Origin: Guillardia theta CCMP2712
Taxonomy: Eukaryota; Protista; Cryptophyta
DNA: 64,000 nt
Direction: 5' to 3'
Assembly (NCBI RefSeq): GCF_000315625.1
Contig: NW_005434633.1
Location: forward strand, 217,867 to 281,866
Under the pieces are notes generated by a model that saw nothing but the letters and a program-made list of their open reading frames with translations, was not told the DNA's origin and did no database searches. Within the stretch, counting starts at the first letter, position 1. Every line of letters begins with the position of its first letter. Shown piece after piece: positions 36,157-53,553 of this stretch. Made by a program: the position numbers and the translations under genes.

Positions 36157-37603
36157 ATGCTGATGTGCTTGAGAACCGTGCTGACCCTGTTGCTCTTGAT
36201 TGCTGACGTAGCGAGGGAGGTGGTGGGTGACGAAGGTACACGAAGTGGGAGAACGGGTGTTACCGGTGCCTGTACGAGGGAGAAGCTGATTGAGAGGAGA
36301 AGGAACAAGAGGATGGACGTGGAAGAAGAAAAGCCCATTATTTTAGCATTGCCGGGGCCGCTGTTTCCGCCCATCGACTTCGACCATGCTTCTGAGGAGG
36401 AAGGACCGAAGAGGGGCAGGTGAGACGAAGAATCGAAAGTTCCAACGAGCTAAAGTTACATCTTAAAGTGGAACGATCAAGAAACGATTCTCTATCGCAG
36501 GGAGAAATATGTAAGTTGGGTCGTGGGGCCCTTTTCACTTGCTACTTGTTGTGACTCTGTCGTGATCCTGGGATTTTGATGCAGGTATCTGAAAGGGGAG
36601 CCTCATGTAGACTCGTCCGATCATGCTGAGCAGACAGCGGGCTCTATTTGGGATTGTAAGGGAGACTCCGATGTTTCCTTGTTAGATGAAACTTTTCCTA
36701 CAGGCTCTCTTGTTCTCGCAAAATATCTGGAAAAGCATTCTCAGAGATACTTGAAAGTAAGTTGTCTCTCGTGATACTTGACTTGACGACATGCAAGGAT
36801 CACCATGTGTTGGAGCTCGGGTCTGGGCAGGTACACTCTGAAAGGACTATCGCTTGTTTTTGAAGAGTTCAATTCAAAGGGAGTGGTTGGAATAGCTTGC
36901 GGGCTAGCTGGAGCGAAGAAAGTCACCTTGAGTGACGTCAACGCTGCGCTACACTGCCTGCGTGACAACGCAGTTCTGAATGAACTCGAGGTCAGCGTCA
37001 CTCCTTGGACAGAGCTCTTCCATCAGCTCTTGGTCTGACTCGACCATGGTGAACAGAGTGTCGTCAAGGTGAAGGAGCTGGACTGGCTTCGAGCTCACGA
37101 TCATGTCCGGGACCTCGAGCCAGCAGGTGGAAACAAGTTTTCAATGTCATCTCTATAGTCTGACGCCCGTTTTTTCTTGAAGATCTTATCGTTGCTGCCG
37201 ATGTCGTCTGGATTGATCAGCTTGTGGGGCCGTTTGTCAAGACTCTGACACTGGCATTTGAAGGTTCGATTGAAGTTCAATAGGGTTTCAGCCTTGATGT
37301 TGGATGAACTGTGTAGCGTCAAAGGCAGTGTTGAAGGAGGTGCATGTCATCTTGTGCCACAAGACACGATCAAATCACACAGGTATGCTTGAACTCTTGC
37401 GAGGATAAAGTTAAGCGTTGGAAACGAAAGATAACATTCTGTTTGAACTCCTGCGAGAATCGAACTTTTCCTGGAAAGAGGTGCGGAAGACGTTCAAAAC
37501 ATGTTGCTGTTTGATTTCCATGTCCTTTCAGGAACCTATTGAAAACTGCCATGAGGAGTATAGGAGCAGCGAAATCAGAATATTTCATATTTTTCGTAGT
37601 TGA
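36157..37603 (+). CDS. METTL21-like (Methyltransf_16) protein methyltransferase, multi-exon
   Basis: Spliced reading TAGSIWD.SLVLAKYL, VLELGSG.GVVGIACG, VTLSDV, ELDW, DLIVAADV. Confidence 0.85.
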
Positions 37604-38299
37604 AAAACTTCATTGTAGAGATTCTATTTTTTCGAAGTTCTTCCATGCACATCTATGTATGCATGTGGCAACACCTCGTTAAAACACTGATGTCAAGAGC
37701 AAATGCAACTAGGCTCATCTGGAATCATGAAAATCAACGCATGGGGCCTTGGCGCAATGGTGATCGAACTTCTCCCAGGGAAGGATGTCAGAGGTCTACC
37801 AAATGAAGTCAGCATGGTAGAAGCCGAGATTCAAGATGTCTTGCCTCAGCGGCATCAGAGGTGAATTTTGTCACGCAGTTCTTGCCGTCCACGGGGGAGC
37901 AAAAAGACGCAGATAGAAGGGCGAACATGCTTCTGACCAAGCAAATCACAAAGATGGTCAGGGAATATGACCAGGTTGTAAGTTTCATCACAGCAGTATG
38001 TAGCATTCCCCTCAACAACCATCTTGAAAGCAACGAATATCACTGAATCTAAATCGAGCCGAACAATCATGTGCCAATCATCTTTTCTCCTCCACGTGTA
38101 TCAGACAGACAGCAACTGACGGATATCAGCCATCCTCAGCACCCTCTTGATCTGCTTATCTCTGCTACTCATTGTCTACTCTCTTCTTGTCTCTGCCATT
38201 CTATGTCTACCCCTCCCTCTGTCTTCCGCAGTACAGACAGATGACCATATCCCTGGCGAGTCTCCAGTCTATTTGCGGTACAGCATAGCCCTCGTCCCC

Positions 38300-38690
38300 G
38301 CTGCGGACCGTCGGACTGGGGCGGGCCCGCTGCCGGGCCACCCGTGCCAGTGACTACCGTACGGTACGGGCCGCGCCATGCCGCACGGATCAGCCGCCCC
38401 AGGGGCCGCTATCCGAGTGACTAGGCTAGACTCCGAACTTGAACGGAACTTCAAAAAAGAAACTTCCGGGCGCCTGGAGAATCATGGCACGGCTGTACTA
38501 TCGCAAAGTAGATTCCGTACCGTCTCTCGCGTCCGAGTTCCGACGCCGCCGGGAGTGAAGCAGTGCTCAAGCCTGAGCCTAGTCATACCACTTGCATACG
38601 GTGATCGCTGCCGCCCGTGCCGCTGAGGCTCCGCCGGAGGCTCGCGCGGCACTACAGGCTACTGCCGCATCAGTGACAGGCTCCGAGGCT
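38300..38690. promoter_or_regulatory. GC-rich island upstream of the 38741 gene
   Basis: CCGTACGGTACGG, GAACTTGAACGGAACTTC, GGGCCC. Confidence 0.5.
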
Positions 38691-38740
38691 CTGTGCCAAT
38701 TCATTGTAACGGTCTGTAACGGACTTCCAACGGACTCGCC

Positions 38741-41228
38741 ATGTTGCCCAGGCTAGAGCCGCTGGTGTCGAGCGGGAGAATGAGCATTGTGCGGGGGGGA
38801 GGTCTGGACGAGGCCTCGATGAAGTCCATTCTTAGCACAGCGCGCGAGAAGTTCAATGAGGGCTTCTCCTCTCTCAGCATGTCGCGGAGTTTCAGATCGG
38901 GCGATCAACTATATGACAGTTCGGGCGGAACAGCAAGGGAAGAAGATGAGGAGGAGGAGCGGAGACTGGCTGATGACATGGTGAGGCCTTCGACTGCAGG
39001 ACGATATGGGCTCCCACAAAGATGCAGCTCGGTCCTGGGCCTCCATTCACCTGACCGTGATGTGTATGGAACACTGCGTAGCTCGGGACAGACGAAGCCG
39101 GTTCTTGACTATGTGGATCTAGAATGCTTGCTGCAGGAGAAGTTGAAGGAAGTTAAGGTGCAGATGCCCAAATCAAGGAAAGGAAGAAGGAAAAGAGAGC
39201 ACGTGACAGCTTTGGATGAGAGCGATGAAGCATGCGGAAACGATGCCCATCGCGATGGAAGGGACGTGGATGTATTGGAATACTCTAAGAGGATCCAAGA
39301 AGCCTCTTTCTTGTTCAGCCTCTGCCAGCAGGAAATTCAATTGCAAGTTGATATATCATGCCCAGAGCGATCCCGACTCACAGACAAGACACTCGAATTC
39401 TTCTCCACGGTTTTGCACTGCCTCACAAAACCTTATCACGATGCTTGTGAAGAACTTGGTACTCTGAGGAAACAAAGGTAAGTGCTCATGTACAGCTTGA
39501 TATCAAGAAATTCAGTTGAAGTGATATGTGTAGGATGGGGGAGAAGAATCATATGAAGAAAGTCTTGGACGACATGTATTCATGGACCAAGGAAAATCAT
39601 TCACGATTCAACCACGATATTTGGGAGCAAGTCTGTTGCTGCAAGTCTCATGAAGCTTGGCTTGACAACTGTTCCAACGAGATTGTATCAGAAGAAAGTT
39701 ATGAATTTGATACATTCATGGATCATGTTCAGAGTATGTGGAATTTCATGAAATGCACATCAATATCTTTGGTTCAGTTACAGGTAGTTTTGTATCCTTG
39801 TTATGGTCGTTTTCAAGGTTTTGAGTTCTCATTTCTCTTGTTCTCAAATCAGGAGAAGTACCATGCCCTTCAAGATGACTCTGTTTCCAAGAAGACATAC
39901 TTCGCGCTTGAGCATGCTCAGAGTGAATCGCAGAAGCAGATCGCTGATTTGCAGGTTTCTGACACGCAAACCTTGCTCTACCTGTTTTGATCTGCTATTT
40001 TTGTCGATCAGAATCAACTGAATGAGTTGAAGATCTCAAACCAGTCAAAATTGTTAGAAATGAGTGAGACAGACAAGATTGCTCGACAAAGAATCTCACA
40101 GCTGGAAAACGAAATTGAGTCGAGGGAAAAGCAGGTGGTGATTTGTTTTTCCTTGACTGTATCAACGGTTCTGACTTCCCCTGCAGGCACAATTATCACA
40201 CAAGGAATCCTCTGTAAAAATTTCAGAACTACAACTGCAAATTGAGGTAAACAGAAAGTCTCTCTGACCTCCGTGTGACATCAGCTCATCCTTGAAGAAA
40301 TATTGAAACTATCAACAGGAATTGGCAAAAGAACAAGATAGTCTGCGAGCTAGATTACTGCAGCAGAAGGTTTTGTGATAGCAGCAAAGAGCAGCCCTTT
40401 GACTTTGACTTGTGGGCAGGGAGAGATGGATCAACAGCTGAAGGAGAATGCATCGCTCAAGGAATCCTTGAGTACCTTTGAAGTTCGTTCGTTTCCAGCC
40501 TCGTCCTTTCTTACAGACCTTTGTTTGCAGGTCAAACTGAAAGAGGCGAACGCCAAAATTCTGGATTTGACCAACGTGACTTCAATGCTCCCGAAAGCTG
40601 TTCTCTCTCTGATGCCAACATCTGCAGACTGGAGTTGTCTTGACTCCTCGACCATCTTGGAACTCGTTTGACTGTTGCAAGACTCTCGGAGGGACTTCTT
40701 CGGAGATTGCAGGCGCTGTATGTGCCCAGCTCGAATCAAGCACAAAGAGGCTGGAAGAGCTCGGGCAGGAGCACTCTTCCAGCTTGCTCGTGAATGGTAG
40801 CATGAGGAAATGGATGTGATGGCGAAGATGATGTTTGACGCAGAGAACTTGCAACGAGAAGTAGCGCAAGAAAGGACCCGTCTGTCCGAGGCAACCAACA
40901 AGGTCCAAGAGCTAAAATCCAAGCTTGACTCCATCGAGAACCCTAAGCGCGCCAACGCATCCTGTGACCCGCCTGCTGCTCCTGGCGGCCTCGTTGTGAC
41001 GTCACAGTTATGCAGGCGGATGTCCCGAGCGACGGGAAGGGTTTGTCATGGTGCCTCTTTCAGAGTATCTTGCGAGCTACCTCTCGAAGAGGTTCGGGCT
41101 CAAAGGTAAAACCTCTTCTGCTCTGCTCTTCACGGAGATCTAAACGCAATCCAGGAGAGATGGCGTCATGGGAAGTGGAGAGGATGCAGAATGAGATGGG
41201 TTGGGTGCTGGAGGCGGAGGTGAAGTAG
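38741..41228 (+). CDS. Coiled-coil protein with axonemal dynein light chain (p28/AXDND1)-like segment, multi-exon
   Basis: FSLCQQEIQLQVDISCPERSRL resembles the Ax_dynein_light core; many coiled-coil exons follow. Confidence 0.6.
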
Positions 41229-41972
41229 TCGATGCTAAGGAGCTGCCGCTGAAAATGTGCTGCAGGTTGGGATGCGGAGCGAGGTTTGAGCTTGCTCGCC
41301 TCGTCTATTCTCTAGCTCACAGCCCGGCTGTGATGATCGCCTTCGAACTTCACTGTGTACTTGTAAATGAATGTAGAGTATCGGTCATCATTGTGGAGCA
41401 CCCTTAGAGTCTGAGCGACCCGGAGGTGCCTGATACTGACTTGAGAGCCGTTCCGAGGCAGGTGACCCCCGCCCGTCGGGCCCGGCCTCAGGCCTGGCAC
41501 TCCGAACAGTCACTGAGTCGGAGTGTTGGCTATTTTTGTTCTTGTCTTTTACAGACATTAGGGAGAAAAAAATCTGTTTGACAACTCGCGACTGTTCTGA
41601 TTCAGGGGGTCATTTGTTTGAGTAAGGGGTAGTAATGAGGGGAAATACCGGGTACCGGGTAGTTTACCGTAGGAGTTCGTATGTGAAGGTAACCTCTCTA
41701 GGACACCGTTTCTAGTCAAATGTCCTAGGAAGTATAATAAGACCTTCCCTAGCGGGCTCATAGTGCTTTCCCGGTCATGCAGTTTGACAAGAGGAGAGCA
41801 GTGAGCTGACATAGGGGAGAAGGTGAGGGGGCGAGTGAAGCGGAGAGCACGTGATGTGAGAGGAGGAGGAGGAGGAGGAGAGAACTTGGAAGAGGAGGGG
41901 CGGAAGACGTTCCTGGTTCTCTCGCTACTGAATCGATGATTGGAGTATTTGAACTTTGAAGAGAGATTCAAC

Positions 41973-44900
41973 ATGTCTTCGCTGAGGAGTTCAGTTTGGG
42001 TCGCGTCAACAGACGGAAGATGGTTGGAGGCGACCCTGGTGAACACCTCTGAGGACAAGTTCACAGTCCGCTTCAAGGATGGCGAGAAAGTGTACTCCAA
42101 GGATAAACACAACTTCTACCTCAAAAATCCGCCAGAAGTCGAAGGAGCAGATGATTTCTTGACGCTGCCGAACTTGGACGAGCCCAACATCCTGCATTCT
42201 CTTCGTGTAAGGTACGGCAGAGGTCATGTGTACTCATACACGGGAAAGATCCTTATCGCTGTCAACCCTTGGAAACGGGTAAATATCTATTCGCCGGATG
42301 TCATGCAGAAATATGTCAGAGGGCAGACTGAAAGCCCTCACATCTTTGCAGTGGCCGTGAATGCTTACAGGTGAAAAGTTTCTGTGCTAGAGCTGAACAC
42401 TTTTGACATGGTGTGATCAGGTCCATGCTGAACGATCTCAATTCTCAGTGTGTGCTCATATCCGGTGAAAGCGGCTCCGGGAAGACAGAGAGTACCAAGT
42501 ACGTCCTCAGCGTGCTGACAGTCATAGGAGTGAGCAGCCAAGGGAACAACAACCAAAGACCGACGGTAGCAGATCAAATCATGCTCGGGAATCCAGTGCT
42601 AGAGTCATTCGGAAACGCCAAGACCCTTCGGAATCACAACTCGTCTCGTTTCGGCAAGTGGATAGAAGTAGTGTTCGATGGCTCCGTGATCGCCGGGGCT
42701 GGTATCAAGACATACCTCCTGGAGAAGTCTCGAGTGGTGGATCAGATCGAGGGGGAGAGGAACTACCACATCTTCTACGAGTGTTGTGCAGCCGTTGCCT
42801 CTGGCGTCACCTGTCTGAAGGACTTGGGGCTCGATGCTGCTCACAGCTTTGCGTGTACTCGGACGTGTACAGAGGTAGAGTCAAGAGACGATCTTGCTGA
42901 GTTCAAGGAAACAAAGGGTACTCTCTCCCTCTCTAGAGCAGACTCATCGTTGACTGTCGTTCCATGTTCACAGCGGCTATGGACAAGATGGGTTTCAAGG
43001 ATAGCGATCAAAGGAGCATTTTCGCAGCCATCGCTGCCATAATGCACCTGAGCAACGTGGAGTTTGGAGAAGAGATCGACTGGGATGGAAACTCGGTGGC
43101 AACGCTGGACGTGAAGCATCCCTCGATAGTGCAGGCAGCCAAACTCCTCAAGGTGACAAGCTTCTTGTTTCTCTCCGGCTCCCTTGATTTACGAGTTCGA
43201 AGGTGGCAGTTCCCGACCTGCAGGAGGGCCTGTGTACTCGCATCATCACCACAGGGAGAGAGTCGATGAGGAAACCAGAGACAAAGTCAAACGCCACCCT
43301 GTGCCTTCAGGCTCTTTGCAAGGCGCTCTACGAGTATGCGTCGAGTGTGGGTGAGGTGCAGTTTGTGACATATTTCCTGCAGCAACATCTTCAATCACAT
43401 CGTCAAGCTGGTCAATGCGGCCATGGGTGGCCATGTGACTGAGTCAGGTGGCAGCAGGAAGAACAAGCAGGTAGGGGCTAGTCGGACCCTCTCGGCTCAT
43501 CTGACTTTTGTGCTAGATGGTTGCTGTCTTGGATATCTTCGGCTTCGAGTCTTTCGCCAAGAATCGCTTCGAGCAGCTCTGCATCAACCACGCAAACGAG
43601 AAGCTTCAGCTTCACTTCAACGGCTACTCCTTCCTCCAGGTGCCTCAACCCTCCTCCAACTGCAGCCTTGCTGGCCTCGTGACTTCTCCTGGCAGGAGCG
43701 AAAGCTGATGGAGAGCGAAGGGCTCGAGATCTCTAAGTCGGACTTCAAGGACAACTCAGCTTGCATCGCCCTGCTGGAGGAATCCTGGGGGTTTCAAGCC
43801 ACTCTGGATGACGTGTGCAAGATGCCCAAGGGAGACGACCTCGTCCTCCTCGACCGTCTGAGCAGCGAGAAAAGTCTGAAGGAGAGCGCCTACCTGGTGA
43901 TACCCAAGAAGAAGGATGGTACTTTCATCATCCGGCACTATGCTGGAGACGTCAAGTACACGGCCGACGGATTCTGCGAGCGTAACAAGGACCTGCTGCC
44001 GGGTAGCGCGATCGAGCTTATGAAGTCATCCAAGGACGAGCTTTTCTCCTCCATATTCGACAAGATCGCCAAGGAGCAGGAAGGAGGGGACGGGGCTAAG
44101 GGGAGAGGCGGGGGAGGGAAGGGAAAGCAGAGCAAGAGCGTGAGCGCCAAGTTCAAGAACGACCTGTCGGAACTTATGGGGTCCATCAACGCCTCGGGCC
44201 CTCACTTTGTCCGGTGTGTCAACCCCAACTCGTCGAAGCTGGCGGAAGTTTTCGAGGAGGAGAAGGCGGTGGAGCAGCTGAGGTTCGGGGGGGTGATCGA
44301 GGCTGTGAGGATGGCACGTGAGAGCTTTCCCTCCCGTTTCACCCACGAAGAGTTTTCGAACCTCTACGGGCCCTTCCTCTGCCCCGACATGGCGGACAGC
44401 CTGCCGGCCAAGTCCAAGTGCCTCGCATGCCTCAAGGCTATGGAGACGGACCCGGGACTCTTCAGGATCGGGAGAACTCTCGTCCTCATGAAGAGGGAGG
44501 TCGTCGACGAAGCTGAGAAACGACGAGCTGCCCTGCTGTGGAGCCGCGCCGTTTCCATCCAGTGCTGCCTGAGAAGGAGGATCGCGAGGGATGACCTGCA
44601 GCAGCACCGGAGGAAGAGGAACGCAAAAGTGTTGCAGGCCTCTGCCCGGCGGGTTCTAGTTCGACTCAAGTACGTCAGGATGGTCAAGATCGCAAGGGCG
44701 GCAGAGGAAGCGAGGAAGGCGAGCGAGAAGGCCCACAAAGACAAGCAAGAGGCAGAGAGGGCAGCAGCGGCGGCAGCAGCTGCAGCGGCGGCGGAGGCTG
44801 AGGAGAGGGCGAGGCAGGAGGAGGAGGAGGAAAGGATGCGTGCGGTCCAGAATAGCAAGTTTCTATCGCTAGCTGGTGTGGGAGCTCGGGAGGGAATGGA

Positions 44901-46800
44901 AGAGGATAGGACGGAAACTCCCCGTACCCTGACCCCCCGCACGGACACGCCGAGGACGGTGCAGTCGGAGGGTTCGGAGGACACCGAGGCCCCGTCGATC
45001 GCCTCCAACGACGAGCTGGGAATGCGGGAGAGGCTGCTGGGGATGGGGATAGGAGAAGACTCAGTACGGCACATGATGTGGATTAAGGAGGCCTCGGGCC
45101 CCGGTGGGCCGGAGGCCGTAGACGCGTCGCCTCCCACCTTCTTCAAGGCTGAGCTTCCTATCATCGACGGGCTCGTCCCGCTCAAGGACGGGAGGGTCCA
45201 CTGGGCGACGCTGCCGGTGCTGACGCGAGCTGGGCAGGAGCAGAAGCTCGACCCGATCCTGGAGCTGATCAATTGCAGGGAGAGGGAGCTGAAGCGAGTG
45301 CTGCTGTGGAGCCGGAGGCAGCTGCACAAGGAGGCGCTTGCTCGCCAGCTGCGCTACTCCATCTACGAGGCTGAGTGGATGGAGACGCTATGGGGGGAGG
45401 CAGGTGGGGGCGATGGAGGTTGGGAGGGGGCGAGGAGGAGGCAGGAGGGGCCCAGCAAGTACCAGTTGTTCTACTTTGCGGGGGATGCGGTGGTGCTGAG
45501 GAAGAGCTGGGCGAGGATGACGGACCGGCAGAAGAGGGAGCACATCCAGTTCGATCGTGGGATGCTGCAGCGGGACCTGATGGAGTCGCTGGTCCAGGGG
45601 TTCGGCTTTGCTCCTCGCTTCCTCGCAGCCTCGCACTCCTTCCTCACAGCGCGAGAGACGTACAAGCTCGGGTCAAGCATCCAGCGCTACTTCGTGCGGT
45701 GGGCGGAGGGGAAGGAGGCGGACGGGGCAGAGGAGAGGGCGAGCAGGGGAGGGAAGCGGAGGATCTGCATAGCTGTCAACATGGAGGGCGTCATGTCAAA
45801 AGTCCCCGAGGAATTTCATCGCCCAGGACCGGCCCAGCCCTTCCTCGAGCGAATCGTCTCCCCCGCGATGTTCACCGGGCGCCCCTTCCTCGGGGGAGAG
45901 GAGCGAGTCCTGTCGGCGAATCAGCTGCGGGTGGTGCGGGCGGACAAGTCAGGTCCCTACCAGCGCCGCCTCTTCGCCTGCAGGTTCACTCAAGCTGTCC
46001 TCGCCTTCCTCCTCCAGAGGCTGCAGCAGACGGCAGGATGCAAGGTAGTCGCCGGGGAGCCGCTCTGTGCCGTGTGCCAGGAGGAGGCGAGCTTCTTCTG
46101 CTCCTCTTGCCGCGTCCTCCCCCTCTGCTCCGCCACCTGCGCGCAGGTCGGCATGGAGCGACATGCTCCCTACTGCGAGGCCCAGGGCTCCATGTGCGAT
46201 CGGCAGGACGAGAACCTCGTCGAGTTTCGCTGCGTCGGGGTAGCAGACGGCATGACCGTCTGCCACGAGTACCTTCCGCTCACCCGCCTCGCTCGGGGAA
46301 AACCCCAGCAAGGGCCCACCTCGAAGCTGGGAAGCGCGTCGGGGCTGGCCATGAAGCCGAGGCCGCTGCCTCCCGCCTTCCTCGACGACGAGCCTCCAGA
46401 CCGACAGGTCAGCAACCCTCCCTCCATGCGCAGATCCTTCGCGGCCTCCTCCAGCTACCCCCGGCCTGTCAGCGCGAGCGTCGAGAACATGGGAGGAGGC
46501 GTATGGGGGGGCTTGTCAACGTCCAAGACTCCACCTGACGGTCCAGCTGCCGGAGGCTTCCTGTTCGATCCTAGCGGTGAGGGGATCTTCACGCACAAGC
46601 CGAGCATCAAGCAGCTGCTGGAAGAGACGCCGCCCGTGCTTGATAGTGAGATACCCCCCCTCCCTCTTCCTATCTTCTCCTTCCTCCCTCCTTTTCCTCC
46701 CCCCTTTCTCCTTGCTCCTGACATGCTGCAGGCACCATGACGTTCGGAGACGCGGTTGCTCGTCCCCCCTCGACACACGCGCGGAACAGCGCGAAGCTGA
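41973..46800 (+). CDS. Myosin heavy chain: SH3-like N-terminus, motor, IQ motifs, charged helix, tail with MYND-like zinc finger
   Basis: [38 protein letters not shown]; last intron 46646-46731 gives a stop ending at 46800. Confidence 0.93.
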
Positions 46801-47415
46801 TGATGGGAGCAAGCGAGACGAACAGCGGCTCCTGGATGTGAAGGAGAGGAGGGAAAAGTCAGGAGGAAGCTCGAGAGGGAAGTAGAAGAGGGAGGAGGAG
46901 GAGGAAGGAGGAGGAGGGACGGAGGAAGGGAAGCGTTCTGAGGGAGGAGACAAGGGAGGGAGAGGAAGCGCAAGAGAAGCACAGGGGGTGAGGGAGGACA
47001 AGGAGGGCATGTAATCATGTGTAAAGTAAAAGAATGTCTGATAACCAGGAAGCATCTTTCTCCTCGAAATTTCTTCTTTCTCACCTTCCCTCCCCTTCTC
47101 CTTCCTCCTCTTCTACCTCTCCGTCTCCCATCTGTCATTCTCCTCTCCTTTCTTCTACTCCTCTTTCTCCCCCTCCTCCTCCCGATCCGCCTCCCACCCT
47201 TCTCTTCATCGTTCCCACCCTCTCCATCATCGCTTCAATGCATCTTTGAGAAAACAGATTTTCTTGTCTTCTTCTGATTTTTCCATCACATTCCCCGCCT
47301 ATTCTCACTCTCATTCTGCTTCCCCCTCCCCCCACCACCCCAGCTCGAAGATCGCATTCAGAACATCTTCTCTACTCGTTGCACAGAAAAAAACTCAAAC
47401 TCCTCTTGTCAAAGT

Positions 47416-52519
<5,104 letters not shown>

Positions 52520-53553
52520 CTGAATCAGGGAGAGTTACAGCAGAGAAGAATGGGGAGAGGAAGCTAGAGAGAGAGAGAGGATTGTAGGATGTGCTGATTG
52601 TGAAACCAACTCGCCGAATGCCGACACTTTACAAACCTCTGTTGTCCTACGTCCCTACATGGGTGGTTGAAAGAATCACAGCACACCACCCAGCTGACTA
52701 CACCTCTTCCCGTATCTTCTTCCCTTCCCTTCCCCTCCCTTCTCCATCCCTGCCCTCTTCCTCTCCTCCTCCTCCTCCTCCTCCTCCTCCTCCTCAGTCT
52801 CAAGGAAGCGAACAAGGCGCTTGACGGCCTCGACTCCCCATTTTTGTATTTGCGTGGGGTCATTGCGTACAGGGGTGGTGTCTTTAACCCCCCTAATATC
52901 CCACAATTTGACGGTACTTAAGGGGTATATTCAAATGAGTACCGGTAGTCCTCTCTACACGGATCTCAGGGAAACACAATTCCTCATGACGTCCTTCAAT
53001 TTGCTACTACCCTCACCCCCAAATTTGGCCACGAATACCCCCTCTTTTACAACCACCCCCGAGGGGGAGAAATGGGCACCTGCAGCACCGGGCATACTTG
53101 GTAAGACAAAAATGGAGTGCAGTAGACACGAGGGAGGGAGGATAGGGGAGGGGAGGGGAGCAGAGGGGAGCAGAGGAGAGGAGAGGAGAGAGGAGAGAGG
53201 AGAGAGGAGAGAGGAGAGAGGAGAGGAGAACAGGAGCAGGACGAATGTGCTGTGAGTTCAGATGAAGAACGTGAGACTGGAGCAGTGAGGGTTGATGAGC
53301 CAAGCTGGTCATGGGGAGGCGATGAGGCTGGATGAGTAGAGTAGTGAAACAGCAATAGAGTGACGTCGTGACGACGACCACAACCACCATGGTAGATAGC
53401 GAAATGTCGGAGCAAACTTGATATGCTAGAAGCGGATACTTGTACCTTCTCTGGCCATCCGAGCATTGATTTGTGGTGCTTCTTTATCAGATGACCGATG
53501 GGTGAAGAAGCAACTTGACAGGACCGAGACACCTTAGAGCAAGACGGTACAGG

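Noticed and set aside
37809-38070. Small minus-strand ORFs with faint SRP9-like wording
   Set aside because: Conserved SRP9 motifs are absent and no consistent gene model emerged
44026-46538. Long alternative-frame and antisense ORFs over the myosin
   Set aside because: Expected shadows of a GC-rich coding exon
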